From an uncultured virus (IMG/VR IMGVR_UViG_3300033148_003000) (Duplodnaviria > Heunggongvirae > Uroviricota > Caudoviricetes), in IMG/VR virus record IMGVR_UViG_3300033148_003000: DNA of 64,000 nucleotides, one strand, 5' to 3'. Below are positions 9,553 through 19,868 of the stretch, one piece after another. Under the pieces are notes generated by a model, which did not search any database, was not told the DNA's origin, and saw only the letters and a program-made list of their open reading frames with translations. Both the position numbers and the translations under genes were made by a program. Every line of letters starts with the position of its first letter. Positions within the stretch are counted from its first letter, which is position 1.

Positions 9553-9837
9553 TTAATCTTTTATTACTTCTTGACACCAATCTAAGAATTCTTTAAAATT
9601 GTCAAATTCAAATACTTCAATGTTAAAATCAATCATATCATTAATCACCTTTATATATGAATTATCAATATGTCCGAGATAATTATGAGAATTTGATAAT
9701 ATTACAAATTGATAATAGTTATTAATTTTTTGTAATTTATGTATCCCACCGTAATCAAAAAAAGCATAAATTTTATTTATATCAACATCTTTCAAATTAA
9801 CACTCTTATATTCACTATTAACTACAACTTTTTTCAT
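9553..9837 (-). CDS. Hypothetical protein, MKKVV paralog family
   Basis: Family motifs as above. Confidence 0.75.
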   Translation of the reverse strand: MKKVVVNSEYKSVNLKDVDINKIYAFFDYGGIHKLQKINNYYQFVILSNSHNYLGHIDNSYIKVINDMIDFNIEVFEFDNFKEFLDWCQEVIKD

Positions 9838-9844
9838 TTTTCTT

Positions 9845-10141
9845 TTATCCTTTTCTTTTATCCAATACTTCTCGACACCAATCTAGAAAATCATCTATAT
9901 TATCAAACTCATAAATAATATGATTACCAAAATTTATTTGATATTTTATTACATCTATTGGATTATAACCAACCTCAGCACCACGATAAAAAGTATTATT
10001 CATACCTAAAAAACAGTATTCTTTTCCATATTGATATAATTTATAAATAAATCCCACATTCTCAAAAGCATATATTTTATATCGATTATAATTAATAACA
10101 TCAAGTAATTTATCATTATCTATTATTACAACCTTTTTCAT
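9845..10141 (-). CDS. Hypothetical protein, MKKVV paralog family
   Basis: Family motifs as above. Confidence 0.75.
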   Translation of the reverse strand: MKKVVIIDNDKLLDVINYNRYKIYAFENVGFIYKLYQYGKEYCFLGMNNTFYRGAEVGYNPIDVIKYQINFGNHIIYEFDNIDDFLDWCREVLDKRKG

Positions 10142-10179
10142 TTTATTACCTTTCTTTGCTAATTTTCATCTTTTATTTT

Positions 10180-10208
10180 AGTATAACATCAACCCAATAA
10201 TAAATCAA
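10180..10208 (-). promoter_or_regulatory. Sigma70-like promoter
   Basis: TTGATT-17-TATACT with extended TG. Confidence 0.7.
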
Positions 10209-10261
10209 TATTAATTAATAAATATTTACATAATAATTAATAATTATTAATACTGTTTAAT

Positions 10262-10284
10262 AAAAAACCACCATTAAGGTGGTT
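10262..10284 (-). terminator. Intrinsic terminator
   Basis: AACCACC/GGTGGTT stem followed by T run on the minus strand, just after 10321..10605. Confidence 0.75.
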
Positions 10285-10320
10285 GTAATCCAAGGAATTA
10301 TCAATTACACATTTACTTAA

Positions 10321-10605
10321 TTACTCTCTTCCCATTAAAGTAGCTTTCGCGTTGATATCTGCAAGATTTGTTGTCACATATGTTTCCAACTCTGCAACTG
10401 TATCTACACCTGCCAAACTTTCAGTCAACGCAGTTGTCGTTCTGATTTCATGGTCAACACCTTTTAACAGTTTTACCATCGCTAAATAGGCATCCGCTAA
10501 AGTTGAACCACTATACACAACCTTATTGATTATCGATTTGTCACCGATGTTATGGTCGATCACCCTCTCATTACCATTTCCATCTACTAATTTTAATAAT
10601 GACAT
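10321..10605 (-). CDS. Hypothetical protein
   Basis: Strong AGGAG RBS, followed by a terminator. Confidence 0.7.
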   Translation of the reverse strand: MSLLKLVDGNGNERVIDHNIGDKSIINKVVYSGSTLADAYLAMVKLLKGVDHEIRTTTALTESLAGVDTVAELETYVTTNLADINAKATLMGRE

Positions 10606-10629
10606 TTTCTTCTCCTTTTAACTACTACA

Positions 10630-11193
10630 CTACACTTTTAATTGTATTGCTGTCAACACAACATTTTTTCCACATAAATATTTCAATAAGTTATTTTCAG
10701 TTAATTTAAAATCCAGAGTTATTACATTTTTACTTGTTGTCTCGTTTGTTTGTGATAATTCGTAAAATTTAGTAAACAACAACTCTTTAATCCTATGGGG
10801 TTCACCAATTGTTGATAAAATTGTGAAGTTTAATCTTACACTTTTTTTACCAATTGATAATCCCAGAATTTTCTGTAAAATTACATTATTCGACTTATTA
10901 TTGAAATCAATATCTTTTTCATGTATTGGAAAAGATATTTCCAAATCTTTTTTATCTTTGAATATTTTTTCACAACATTCAAAAAGATATTCTTTATCAT
11001 TATTTGAAATCAATGATAATGTGATCACATTATCATTATTTAAATTTTCAAGATCTTCTTTTGTGAACCATTCAGGAAAATCTTTTTTAGTAATTTTTGA
11101 AGCTTTTTTAACTTCTTCTTTTACATTTAAAGAAGATTCTTCTATTTGAAATCCAAAATTGTTATTTTCATTTAAATTTTCTTCTTGTTTCAT
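10630..11193 (-). CDS. Hypothetical protein
   Basis: GAGGT RBS, upstream promoter. Confidence 0.65.
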   Translation of the reverse strand: MKQEENLNENNNFGFQIEESSLNVKEEVKKASKITKKDFPEWFTKEDLENLNNDNVITLSLISNNDKEYLFECCEKIFKDKKDLEISFPIHEKDIDFNNKSNNVILQKILGLSIGKKSVRLNFTILSTIGEPHRIKELLFTKFYELSQTNETTSKNVITLDFKLTENNLLKYLCGKNVVLTAIQLKV

Positions 11194-11208
11194 ATTAACC
11201 TCTTTATT

Positions 11209-11238
11209 ATTATAACATATTTTTTTATATAATGTAAG
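11209..11238 (-). promoter_or_regulatory. Sigma70-like promoter
   Basis: CTTACA-18-TATAAT with extended TG. Confidence 0.55.
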
Positions 11239-11591
11239 ATAAATTATTTTAAATGTTACATTTATTTACAACATCTATCGATAGTTTACATTTCTAATAA
11301 TCTATCTACTAATTCAAGTTTATTTTTTAAATAATATTTAATATCATTCATGTACATTACTGTCATAATGATGTATCTCATACCAAATAAAAACCCTCTT
11401 ATAAATACATACATCTCTTCCCAATTTGATGATGAAAATCTATGAAATTTGTATTTATCATTACATCTAATTATTGGTATTTTTAATTCTCTACCTATTT
11501 TACAACATTTTTCTAAATATTTATTTTCACATATAGTCATTAATACAACCTTTTATATAATCATAATCCCTACCAAAAACTGTAATATAAC

Positions 11592-12272
11592 CTATAAAAT
11601 CACAATACCAGGATCAACTATTTCTCCGTTTTCTTGTCTTAAATAATTTCCTTCATCTGTTAAAAGAACATTGGCCAATCCTGTGTCAAATATTTCTTGA
11701 CCTTGTAATATTTCACCTTTTTTTATTTTTTCTTTCCAAAAATCTTCATCAAATTCTTGTAAACTCATTTTATTATAAAAATTTAACATTTTTTGATCTG
11801 TTTCAACCAATTTTTTATGATGATTTTCAATAAGCTCTTTATCACCACTTAACTCCACCAATGATGAATTATGAACCATCATCTCTGAATCTTTATAAAC
11901 AACTCTAACATTACCTGCTAAAAAAATCATAGATGCAGCACTCGATCCATCAGCAGTTATAATAGTTTTTATATCACATATCATATTATTTTTTAAATGA
12001 CTACAAATATTTAAACCCACGTTAATCATACCACCATTAGAATTAATAAAAACAGTCACGGGTTCGGGGATATAATCGACAACTGTTTCTTGTTGATTAA
12101 GATCAAAATAATTCACATTATTAAGATGTCTAATTACAGACGTTGCAAGTGGGTATTCTATAGATCCATAAATATTGATTGATCTTTCCGCTATAATTGG
12201 AAATGTGTGATCTTCTTCAAATTTACCTTCATAATTACACAATAATTTGGACATTTTCTTTAGATTGGACAT
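11592..12272 (-). CDS. clpP: ClpP-like serine protease (S14)
   Basis: INSNGG, SSAASMIF (Ser nucleophile region), MMVHN (His), GLAN. Confidence 0.85.
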   Translation of the reverse strand: MSNLKKMSKLLCNYEGKFEEDHTFPIIAERSINIYGSIEYPLATSVIRHLNNVNYFDLNQQETVVDYIPEPVTVFINSNGGMINVGLNICSHLKNNMICDIKTIITADGSSAASMIFLAGNVRVVYKDSEMMVHNSSLVELSGDKELIENHHKKLVETDQKMLNFYNKMSLQEFDEDFWKEKIKKGEILQGQEIFDTGLANVLLTDEGNYLRQENGEIVDPGIVIL

Positions 12273-15200
12273 CTTTGATTTCCTTTTCTATTTGATTATT
12301 ATCTTCTTCAATTTCATTAACTTCTTTAGATTTTTCACTTTCATCAATTTGGTCAATATTTTGATCGACTTGTTTCTTAACTTTTTTCTCAACTATAACA
12401 TGTTTTTGATAACCCGATTTAACATCTTCATTACTGGTTAATTTATTTAATGAAAAGGTTTTTTCAAAATCTTCTTCACTAAAACAACATTTAAATGGTC
12501 CAGCAATATTCTTTATAAATTGATCAACATAAAATGCAATATTGTAATCGGGTTTACCTTTCCCTTTACATTCAGGGCATTCTATTAATTGGTTGTTTTC
12601 AAAAATAACACCTTTATTGGAACAATGCAAACATTTGGGTGCATCTTCTAACAATTTACAGTTTATATGATACACAGTTTTAGTATCAACGACATAACCT
12701 GGTTTTGTAGTTGGTAATAATTCTTGTGTTCCTGTAACTTTTTTAACACATGTTCTACATGGACTCCATGAATTACCAATAACTTCAACACTTATTTTTA
12801 AATCATTTAGATTACCTTGAACAAAATTTTGAATATCTTCATTAGTATCATCTAAATAAATATTATCACTAACTTTCTTACCTGGAATAAAAAACCGTAA
12901 TTCTGTTATTTCGTAGAAATCTTCCAATTTTAATCCTTTAATGATTGATTCTTGTTCAGTTTTATCTGAAAAATGTAAAAGAATATCATCAATTTTATTA
13001 CTATCATTTAAATTCCACAAATAGTTTAACATATATAAATAATCTAATCTAGGTAATTTTTTTGTATTGGAGACATTTTTACGTTGAACTTTCTTTTTAG
13101 TTAATACTTCCCCTTTAGTTTGACATTTTGGGCAATTTTTATATTGATATACTTTACCTTCAATACACTCGGAACAACCTTTATTAACTTTCTCTTTACA
13201 TTCTAAACATTCTGTAAAAATCTTAACTTCTTCTTTAGGAACATAACTTCCTTTAATTTCTGTTCCTAATTTATAATAATGTATCTTATCCCCACTATTA
13301 TAACCATGATCTTTACCAGTTTGATCCTGTTTTTGACGTAATAATTCCATATGGGCTTGTCTACCCTTTAATTTTCTTTCAGTTTCCCAAAGATTTTTAA
13401 TTTTTTGATCATATGTCTCAACAGTTTGAGACAACCCAGTTCTAGTACACATTTTATCGATTGGCATTTGTCTTGATTGAATCTTCAAAATTGTATCACT
13501 ATATATTTTGTTAACTGAAAGGAAATCATCGAAAAATATCCATTTTAAAACATTTTCAAAATGTTGATTTATGTATTCAGATTTAGCCGATGATTTCAAT
13601 CCACCACCCTTGATGGTAATTTTATCATCATAATCTAAAAGACCATAATTTTTAGACTTATAACTCAACATTCTTTTCCAACTATCTTCATATTCTAACT
13701 CAATACCTTCTGTAAGTTTTGAAGATATTTCTTTGGTCATGTTTCCAATATCTAAATCCCTCGAAAGTGGTGTGAACACTACACCGTCAGTATCACAATT
13801 TATTGGAATACAATCTCTGTCTATTAATTCGTCTCTGACTTGTTTGATTAACCGCTGACCTTCAGTAGTTACAAATTCTGCACCTTTAGGATTGTTGAAA
13901 GAGAAAAATTCTGAACCAAAAGCTCCATATAAACTATTTATAACGATTTTTAATGCGCCCTGTAGACCGTCTATGTCTTTATATTCGGACGTATTTTTTA
14001 AACCTTTACTTGATAAATCGTTTTTCTTCTTCTTGGCGTCTAATCTAATGTTAGTCATGTTTCTTAACATTTCTAGACAAACATCTAAATCATCATTAAC
14101 GGGTTTAATCCCATGTATTAACATCTCACTAGGATAAAGTGAAGCTATATCTACCTTATGGACGTTATCAATGATTCCTTCTTGATAACATGCAACAAAC
14201 CCACCTGGATATTTGATTTTATCTAATGGAAGAGGAATTGAATGTCGGTAGTATTTCCCTTTCTCTCTATCGAATCTTGGTCTCAAATATTCTCTAACCA
14301 TCAAAAGTTCCCAAATTGTTGCAGAACCACAATGTGAAAGTTTTTGAAATGTTGATGGTACAATTTGTGCCAATGCAAATGTTGATGTAATCAAGATCTT
14401 GAATATTTCATGAGTTTCCCACGTATCTTCATACGCATATTTAAGAACCTTATCACGATCTTCTAACCAAGTTTGGTATATTTTGTTGCCTTCTATATAT
14501 GTACGTTCTTCATTACCTTGAGAGTTATCATATAAATGAAAATAATCTCTCGCTAAGTCTTTTAATTTAAAATTTTTCATGTCTCTTTTGATAGCATTGG
14601 CACGTTTAACTAAATGAATAACATCTATGATTTGTCTACCTTTTATGTAAACAGGTTGAAAATGTTCAGATGTTTCACCGACTTTTAACACAGATGTATA
14701 ATCAGAATATTGAGTTTTCTCGTGATTTTCTTCAACAACACGACCATAATATGAACGTATATCATGTTCTTCTAAACGTCTACGAATAAACTGATTATCA
14801 AAGTTACTAGAATTATATCCCGAAATTACGTCTGGGTCAAGGTCTTGGATGAGTTCTTCTGTTCGTTGTAATATTTCAACTTCATTGTCTTCATTATTCC
14901 AAACCAACTCTTTTTCACCAAAATTAGTGTAAACAGAATTTAAAAATATCTGATTATCAAAGGGATCAAGTCCCGTACAATTGTGAACAAATATATTATT
15001 AGCTAAAAAATTATGATCTTCATCATCTATTTCTAAATCATAAACTTCTTCAAAAGAACCTTGATTAATAGATTTTATTTTTACAAAATTTACATCATTA
15101 TTTTCATAATAAATTCTTTTAGATTTGTGAATTTGATTTATTTTTTCAACTTTCTTTTCACCAAATTCACCTATAATATTATGAAATTTATAAGCTTGAA

Positions 15201-16599
15201 TACCATTTATATATAAAGTATACATATCTTTATAAGATTCTTTTCTATTATCTATATGTTTAGAATAACCAGAACGTATACCAAATTCTAACAACATATA
15301 TTGAACTTGTTTCATTAAAACAATAGATGTGGTATAATAAACATAACTTAATCTTTCCTCTGTATTTTTAATTGTACCATCACAATAAAATAATCTATTT
15401 AAAAATAATTTTCTATTATCTATAGTAGAATGTATAACTTTTTCTGGAATAAATTTTTCATATGAATATTTACCAAATAATCCATATTTTTTTAATAAAT
15501 CATTTAATGGATGTGTATTATATTCACCACCCTGTTTTCTTCCTATTTTATTAGTAGTTAATCTACAAGTATTATTACCTTTTATAATATTCAATTTTAA
15601 ATTATATTTTTCACATATTTCTTCTAATTCATTAATAACAAATTGAGAAACAGTTGAAATAATACAACTATCTTTTGACTTACACCCTTCAGTTATATAA
15701 TATGCTAAAAATTTTATTTCATTTTCATTTAAATTATATTTATTTGTATCTGTTAATATTTTTGTATTATTAGGTATACAAATATAATCATTTAATTTTA
15801 AATCTTTAACTTTTTTATAACCGTTTTTAGTTAATATTTCATGATTTTTAGTAGCTATTATTTTTTTATTAAATAATGATTTAATTTCAAAAGTTTCTTT
15901 TTTTCCTTTATTTATTTTTCTTTTAACTTTACAAATTTTAATTTTGTTATTTTTATCAACAGATAAAACATGATTATTTGAATCCATATTTTTAATTTTA
16001 ATATCTTTTTTTAATAATGGATCATATATATCTGTATCACCAGACAAACATTCAATATCAAACGTTAAAACTTTGATGTCATCAATTGTTAAACCTTTAA
16101 ACAGTGTAATACCAGTATCGATAAATACTTGTTCATGATACCCTAAACTATATATTTCTTTACCCTGGATGTCACAATTTTTAATATCCCAAATAGATTC
16201 ATGGTCTGTTTTAAAAACTTTATTAAAACAATAAACCACGTCTTTAGGGATTGTCCAAAAATGTGAATAACTATTAATAACTTTTATATAATATTGATAA
16301 TGTAAATTCCCTTTTAGAGGTTCAACATGAAAGATTTTGTTTCCAAAACGGTCTTTATGATTCAACAAAGTTTTTGCGAAGTCTTTAGAATGAACCAAAA
16401 ACCAAGAATTCCACCCGATGGTTTCACTAACAACAAAAGAATTTTTTAAATTTTTAACTGGATCATTACCGTAATTTTTAAAATAACGATAATAAACAAC
16501 TGCTTTAGTTGGTGTAACAGGTTCTAACGATACAACGTTGGTTCGTGGATCTGATCCTGTCAATGATGTAGGTAATTGTTCAGGTAATTGTTTAGTCAT
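12235..16599 (-). CDS. polB: Family B DNA polymerase with intein and Cys-rich C-terminal region
   Basis: ExoI FDIE|CTG, ExoII GYNSSNFD, ExoIII YAYED, motif A DIASLYPS, B KIVINSLYG, C DTDG. Confidence 0.95.
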   Translation of the reverse strand: MTKQLPEQLPTSLTGSDPRTNVVSLEPVTPTKAVVYYRYFKNYGNDPVKNLKNSFVVSETIGWNSWFLVHSKDFAKTLLNHKDRFGNKIFHVEPLKGNLHYQYYIKVINSYSHFWTIPKDVVYCFNKVFKTDHESIWDIKNCDIQGKEIYSLGYHEQVFIDTGITLFKGLTIDDIKVLTFDIECLSGDTDIYDPLLKKDIKIKNMDSNNHVLSVDKNNKIKICKVKRKINKGKKETFEIKSLFNKKIIATKNHEILTKNGYKKVKDLKLNDYICIPNNTKILTDTNKYNLNENEIKFLAYYITEGCKSKDSCIISTVSQFVINELEEICEKYNLKLNIIKGNNTCRLTTNKIGRKQGGEYNTHPLNDLLKKYGLFGKYSYEKFIPEKVIHSTIDNRKLFLNRLFYCDGTIKNTEERLSYVYYTTSIVLMKQVQYMLLEFGIRSGYSKHIDNRKESYKDMYTLYINGIQAYKFHNIIGEFGEKKVEKINQIHKSKRIYYENNDVNFVKIKSINQGSFEEVYDLEIDDEDHNFLANNIFVHNCTGLDPFDNQIFLNSVYTNFGEKELVWNNEDNEVEILQRTEELIQDLDPDVISGYNSSNFDNQFIRRRLEEHDIRSYYGRVVEENHEKTQYSDYTSVLKVGETSEHFQPVYIKGRQIIDVIHLVKRANAIKRDMKNFKLKDLARDYFHLYDNSQGNEERTYIEGNKIYQTWLEDRDKVLKYAYEDTWETHEIFKILITSTFALAQIVPSTFQKLSHCGSATIWELLMVREYLRPRFDREKGKYYRHSIPLPLDKIKYPGGFVACYQEGIIDNVHKVDIASLYPSEMLIHGIKPVNDDLDVCLEMLRNMTNIRLDAKKKKNDLSSKGLKNTSEYKDIDGLQGALKIVINSLYGAFGSEFFSFNNPKGAEFVTTEGQRLIKQVRDELIDRDCIPINCDTDGVVFTPLSRDLDIGNMTKEISSKLTEGIELEYEDSWKRMLSYKSKNYGLLDYDDKITIKGGGLKSSAKSEYINQHFENVLKWIFFDDFLSVNKIYSDTILKIQSRQMPIDKMCTRTGLSQTVETYDQKIKNLWETERKLKGRQAHMELLRQKQDQTGKDHGYNSGDKIHYYKLGTEIKGSYVPKEEVKIFTECLECKEKVNKGCSECIEGKVYQYKNCPKCQTKGEVLTKKKVQRKNVSNTKKLPRLDYLYMLNYLWNLNDSNKIDDILLHFSDKTEQESIIKGLKLEDFYEITELRFFIPGKKVSDNIYLDDTNEDIQNFVQGNLNDLKISVEVIGNSWSPCRTCVKKVTGTQELLPTTKPGYVVDTKTVYHINCKLLEDAPKCLHCSNKGVIFENNQLIECPECKGKGKPDYNIAFYVDQFIKNIAGPFKCCFSEEDFEKTFSLNKLTSNEDVKSGYQKHVIVEKKVKKQVDQNIDQIDESEKSKEVNEIEEDNNQIEKEIKDVQSKENVQIIV
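14980..16050 (-). mobile_element. Intein with LAGLIDADG homing endonuclease (357 aa)
   Basis: Starts CLSGDT, block B TKNH, LAYYITEG and LNRLFYCDG, ends VYDL...FVHN then Cys+1; visibly more AT-rich than the exteins. Confidence 0.93.
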
Positions 16600-16618
16600 T
16601 TAATAGATTATTCCTTTA

Positions 16619-16933
16619 TTATTCTTGGATAAATTCAATTATATCTTTCATCATATTTAATGATATAATTACTTTTTTGTCTGTTCCCAATTGTTCAAAT
16701 GATACAAAATCATAACCTGCATCATTAATTATTTTAACCTGAATAGAAAAATGAGGATTTTCATAATCAGTAAATATTTCTATATTTCTTTTAGAAGATA
16801 AAAAATTCACTTCTTTTTCAATTTGTTCTTTTTCTTTTTGTTTCATTTTATAATTATCTTCTTTTAATTTTATTTTTATATAGGATAAAGGAACCTTACG
16901 ATATTTAAAAGATTCACTGTCTTTAATCATCAA
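16619..16933 (-). CDS. Hypothetical protein
   Basis: Co-oriented ORF. Confidence 0.5.
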   Translation of the reverse strand: MMIKDSESFKYRKVPLSYIKIKLKEDNYKMKQKEKEQIEKEVNFLSSKRNIEIFTDYENPHFSIQVKIINDAGYDFVSFEQLGTDKKVIISLNMMKDIIEFIQE

Positions 16934-17308
16934 TTAGTTTCACTTCTTTATTTGAATTAAATTGTTCAAATCCAGGAGGTCTAAATAGATATATTTAGAT
17001 CGGTTCCAAATTTGATACGAAATTCCACACTATCATTTACATTCTTCTATTAATTTTTCTAAATCATCTTTATCTATCAACTTTGATTTATCTTTATTTT
17101 TATCTTTATTATCTATTCTTTTTAATATTTCCATAATACCAATAAAATTTGGATTATAAATATATTCGATGATTTTAATTGCAACATCACATGCTCCACA
17201 TGAATCTTCAACGGAATTAATATACATGTGTTCTGGACAATATTTCATGATACAATTTGCTAAACGATTGGTTTGACTTTCTAAACTTTCTGACATTTTA
17301 ATTATTCC

Positions 17309-17593
17309 TTAATCTTTTATTACTTTTAAACACCATTTTGAGAATTCTTTAATATTGTCAAATTCATAAACTTTAATATAAGTATGAATCATATCCTTAA
17401 TTACTTTTATATATGATTCATGACTAAAACCAAAGGAATTTTTGGAATTGAGTAAATTTACAAATTGATAACATACATCAATCTTTTGTAATTTATATAT
17501 ATTCTCATGTGTAAAAAATACATAAATTTTATTTTCATCAACATCTTCTAAATTAACTTCTTTAGGTTCATTTTTAATTACAACTTTTTTCAT
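17309..17593 (-). CDS. Hypothetical protein, MKKVV paralog family
   Basis: Closest to 9553..9837. Confidence 0.75.
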   Translation of the reverse strand: MKKVVIKNEPKEVNLEDVDENKIYVFFTHENIYKLQKIDVCYQFVNLLNSKNSFGFSHESYIKVIKDMIHTYIKVYEFDNIKEFSKWCLKVIKD

Positions 17594-17855
17594 TATTCAC
17601 CTTTAAACAAAAGACTAGTTAACTAGATCCCAAACAAATTAGTCTAATTTCTTCTTGATAAAATAAAATTACACATATTACATATTGTCTCAAATTCTAT
17701 ATCTAACGACTTCCCAAGTTTTTCATTTCTTATATTAACACTTGTAAAATTGTCATCATATACTTCAACTTTCCAATATGAATCTGTAGAATCTTCATGA
17801 AATTCTCGTATATCAGGATCTGTATAATTTATTTCTTTCATGTTATAACCTTTCT

Positions 17856-17899
17856 AAAAAAAAAAATAATTAAGTCTAATAATGCAAGATTAGACTTAA
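17856..17899 (-). terminator. Intrinsic terminator
   Basis: TTAAGTCTAAT/ATTAGACTTAA stem plus T run after the SSB-like gene. Confidence 0.65.
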
Positions 17900-17937
17900 C
17901 TAACCAAATTAAATGTTAAACCAATTACACATTCTTA

Positions 17938-18672
17938 TTAATCAACTGTGTCTAATTCTTCTTCTTCTCTATCACCATAATCAAAATCTTCTGAGTTATC
18001 TTTAACGAAATTACCATCCCAATATTTGGTGAGATAATTATCATTAGGATTATCATCATCAAATTGTAAATCTTCAAGTGTAAAATCATTTTCATTCTCA
18101 AATTCTTGATCTAGTTGTTCGAGATCCTTGATGATATCTTTGGACCATCTTGCCCTAACTGTTGACATCTCTGTACCACCCACATTAATCTTTCCAACGT
18201 ACAACTCAATCCATTTATTTCTTTTGGTTGTTGATTTTAATTCCATGATATTATCTGCTAAAGTTGGTTTAGCCAAATTAACAATTTTAGGTTTATTATT
18301 TTGATCTATAACATACCCAACAAGATGTTTTTTACGTCTAAGAGTAAAACAACCTTTTAACATTTGTTTGCACCATACACAGTTGTTCTGTGCATCTTGT
18401 GCTTTGTCGGCATCCTGACCACCACAACTTGTTGTATATTTTAATGGATGTAATTCAATCGCTTGTTCATCTGAAACTTCACTTGTTCCAGGTTGATCAT
18501 ATTTGTCATACGCCTGACCAGGTTTGTATAACTGATCTTTACCCAAATGTTTAAATACTTTCTTTAATGTATACCCAGGCATAAATCTGAATTTAGGTAA
18601 TTTAGCACCTTTTTTCACCTTTGTTAAAGATGGTACTTGTAAATATTCATTAATTTTTCTATCTGTAGTCAT
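17938..18672 (-). CDS. Putative single-stranded DNA-binding protein
   Basis: FRFMP, His/Cys ligands (CVWC), acidic C-terminal tail, next to primase/helicase, strong GAGGAG RBS. Confidence 0.55.
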   Translation of the reverse strand: MTTDRKINEYLQVPSLTKVKKGAKLPKFRFMPGYTLKKVFKHLGKDQLYKPGQAYDKYDQPGTSEVSDEQAIELHPLKYTTSCGGQDADKAQDAQNNCVWCKQMLKGCFTLRRKKHLVGYVIDQNNKPKIVNLAKPTLADNIMELKSTTKRNKWIELYVGKINVGGTEMSTVRARWSKDIIKDLEQLDQEFENENDFTLEDLQFDDDNPNDNYLTKYWDGNFVKDNSEDFDYGDREEEELDTVD

Positions 18673-18727
18673 TAATTTCTCCTCTTTTGTTGTTCTACTT
18701 TATTATTGTTGTTGTTCTTCTTAATAA

Positions 18728-18823
18728 TTATTTTATCATTTCTAAAGACCATTCTAGAAATTCTTTTAAATTGTCGAATTCATAAACAGTATTAATATTA
18801 TTTTGAATTATATCTTTATTTAC
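18728..18823 (-). pseudogene. Remnant 3' end of an MKKVV-family gene
   Basis: Reads ...DIIQNNINTVYEFDNLKEFLEWSLEMIK* with no upstream ATG in frame. Confidence 0.65.
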
Positions 18824-18824
18824 C

Positions 18825-19844
18825 TCATTTACCTAAAACTTTTTCAATTCTTTTAATCAATTCTTGAGATTTACCCAATTTTAACAAATCATTTGCGTCA
18901 TAATCTTTGGAAAATCTAAAATCAATAATATTTTTTCCTCTTACCAAACCTTTTAATTTATTATAACATAATTCACCAACAATGTCAAGATCAAAATTTA
19001 CAATTTTTAACATATGATGAAAATGATATAATTGTTGTTTTTCAACAGTTGTTCCCAATATTGCAACTGCATTATATCCCAATGATAACCAAGTTAACGC
19101 ATTAAATGGTCCTTCACATAATATCACATAACTACCCTTATTTAGATGATCTAAACCCCAAACAACACTCTTTTTATCTGCAACATCATTAAAAAACCTC
19201 GGACCTTTACCACTGATATTACGTCTTTGTATAAATCGACATTTTCCACCAATTATACATGGAAAGACAACACATGGATATTTATTTCCCTTTTTTGTTT
19301 TATATAATTCATATCCCACGTTGAATTTCGTTAATTGATCTAAATCTGTAAACCCTCTTGATTTAAGATATTTTAATGACTGTTTACAGTGTTGATAATC
19401 ATCTTGTTTATATTCATGAAAATTTTGTGTTGTAACTTTTTTAGACTGTAATTCATTTAATTTATAATCAATCGACATTTTAGACATTTTTTTCTTATAG
19501 TCAATAACCTCAATTTGTGTGTTATAACCGTTGATTTCATAATCATCATAACAATTAAAATCAATTACATCTCCACAATTAGTTTCACAATCAGTTTCAC
19601 AATCTTCAATTTCACCTTCAAGATCAATCCCTAAACATTGAAATAATCTGTTTAAACTAAACCCATCACATCGTGTTTTACATACACCAACTTGTTTTAA
19701 ACAATTAAAAAAGAAATTAGGATGGGAACTATCAGAATGTTCTGGATTAGGACACATTGATCTAATCTCATAATTACCTAAATCTTGAGCTTGATTCAAT
19801 TTAGACATCAAAATATTTTTCAATACTAAAGGATCAATTTCCAT
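18825..19844 (-). CDS. DNA primase (zinc finger plus TOPRIM)
   Basis: CPNPEH...C...C zinc finger; ILCEGPFNAL, AILGT, FDLD, YDAND. Confidence 0.9.
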   Translation of the reverse strand: MEIDPLVLKNILMSKLNQAQDLGNYEIRSMCPNPEHSDSSHPNFFFNCLKQVGVCKTRCDGFSLNRLFQCLGIDLEGEIEDCETDCETNCGDVIDFNCYDDYEINGYNTQIEVIDYKKKMSKMSIDYKLNELQSKKVTTQNFHEYKQDDYQHCKQSLKYLKSRGFTDLDQLTKFNVGYELYKTKKGNKYPCVVFPCIIGGKCRFIQRRNISGKGPRFFNDVADKKSVVWGLDHLNKGSYVILCEGPFNALTWLSLGYNAVAILGTTVEKQQLYHFHHMLKIVNFDLDIVGELCYNKLKGLVRGKNIIDFRFSKDYDANDLLKLGKSQELIKRIEKVLGK

Positions 19845-19868
19845 TAATTAGTCTTTCACTTCAAAGTT

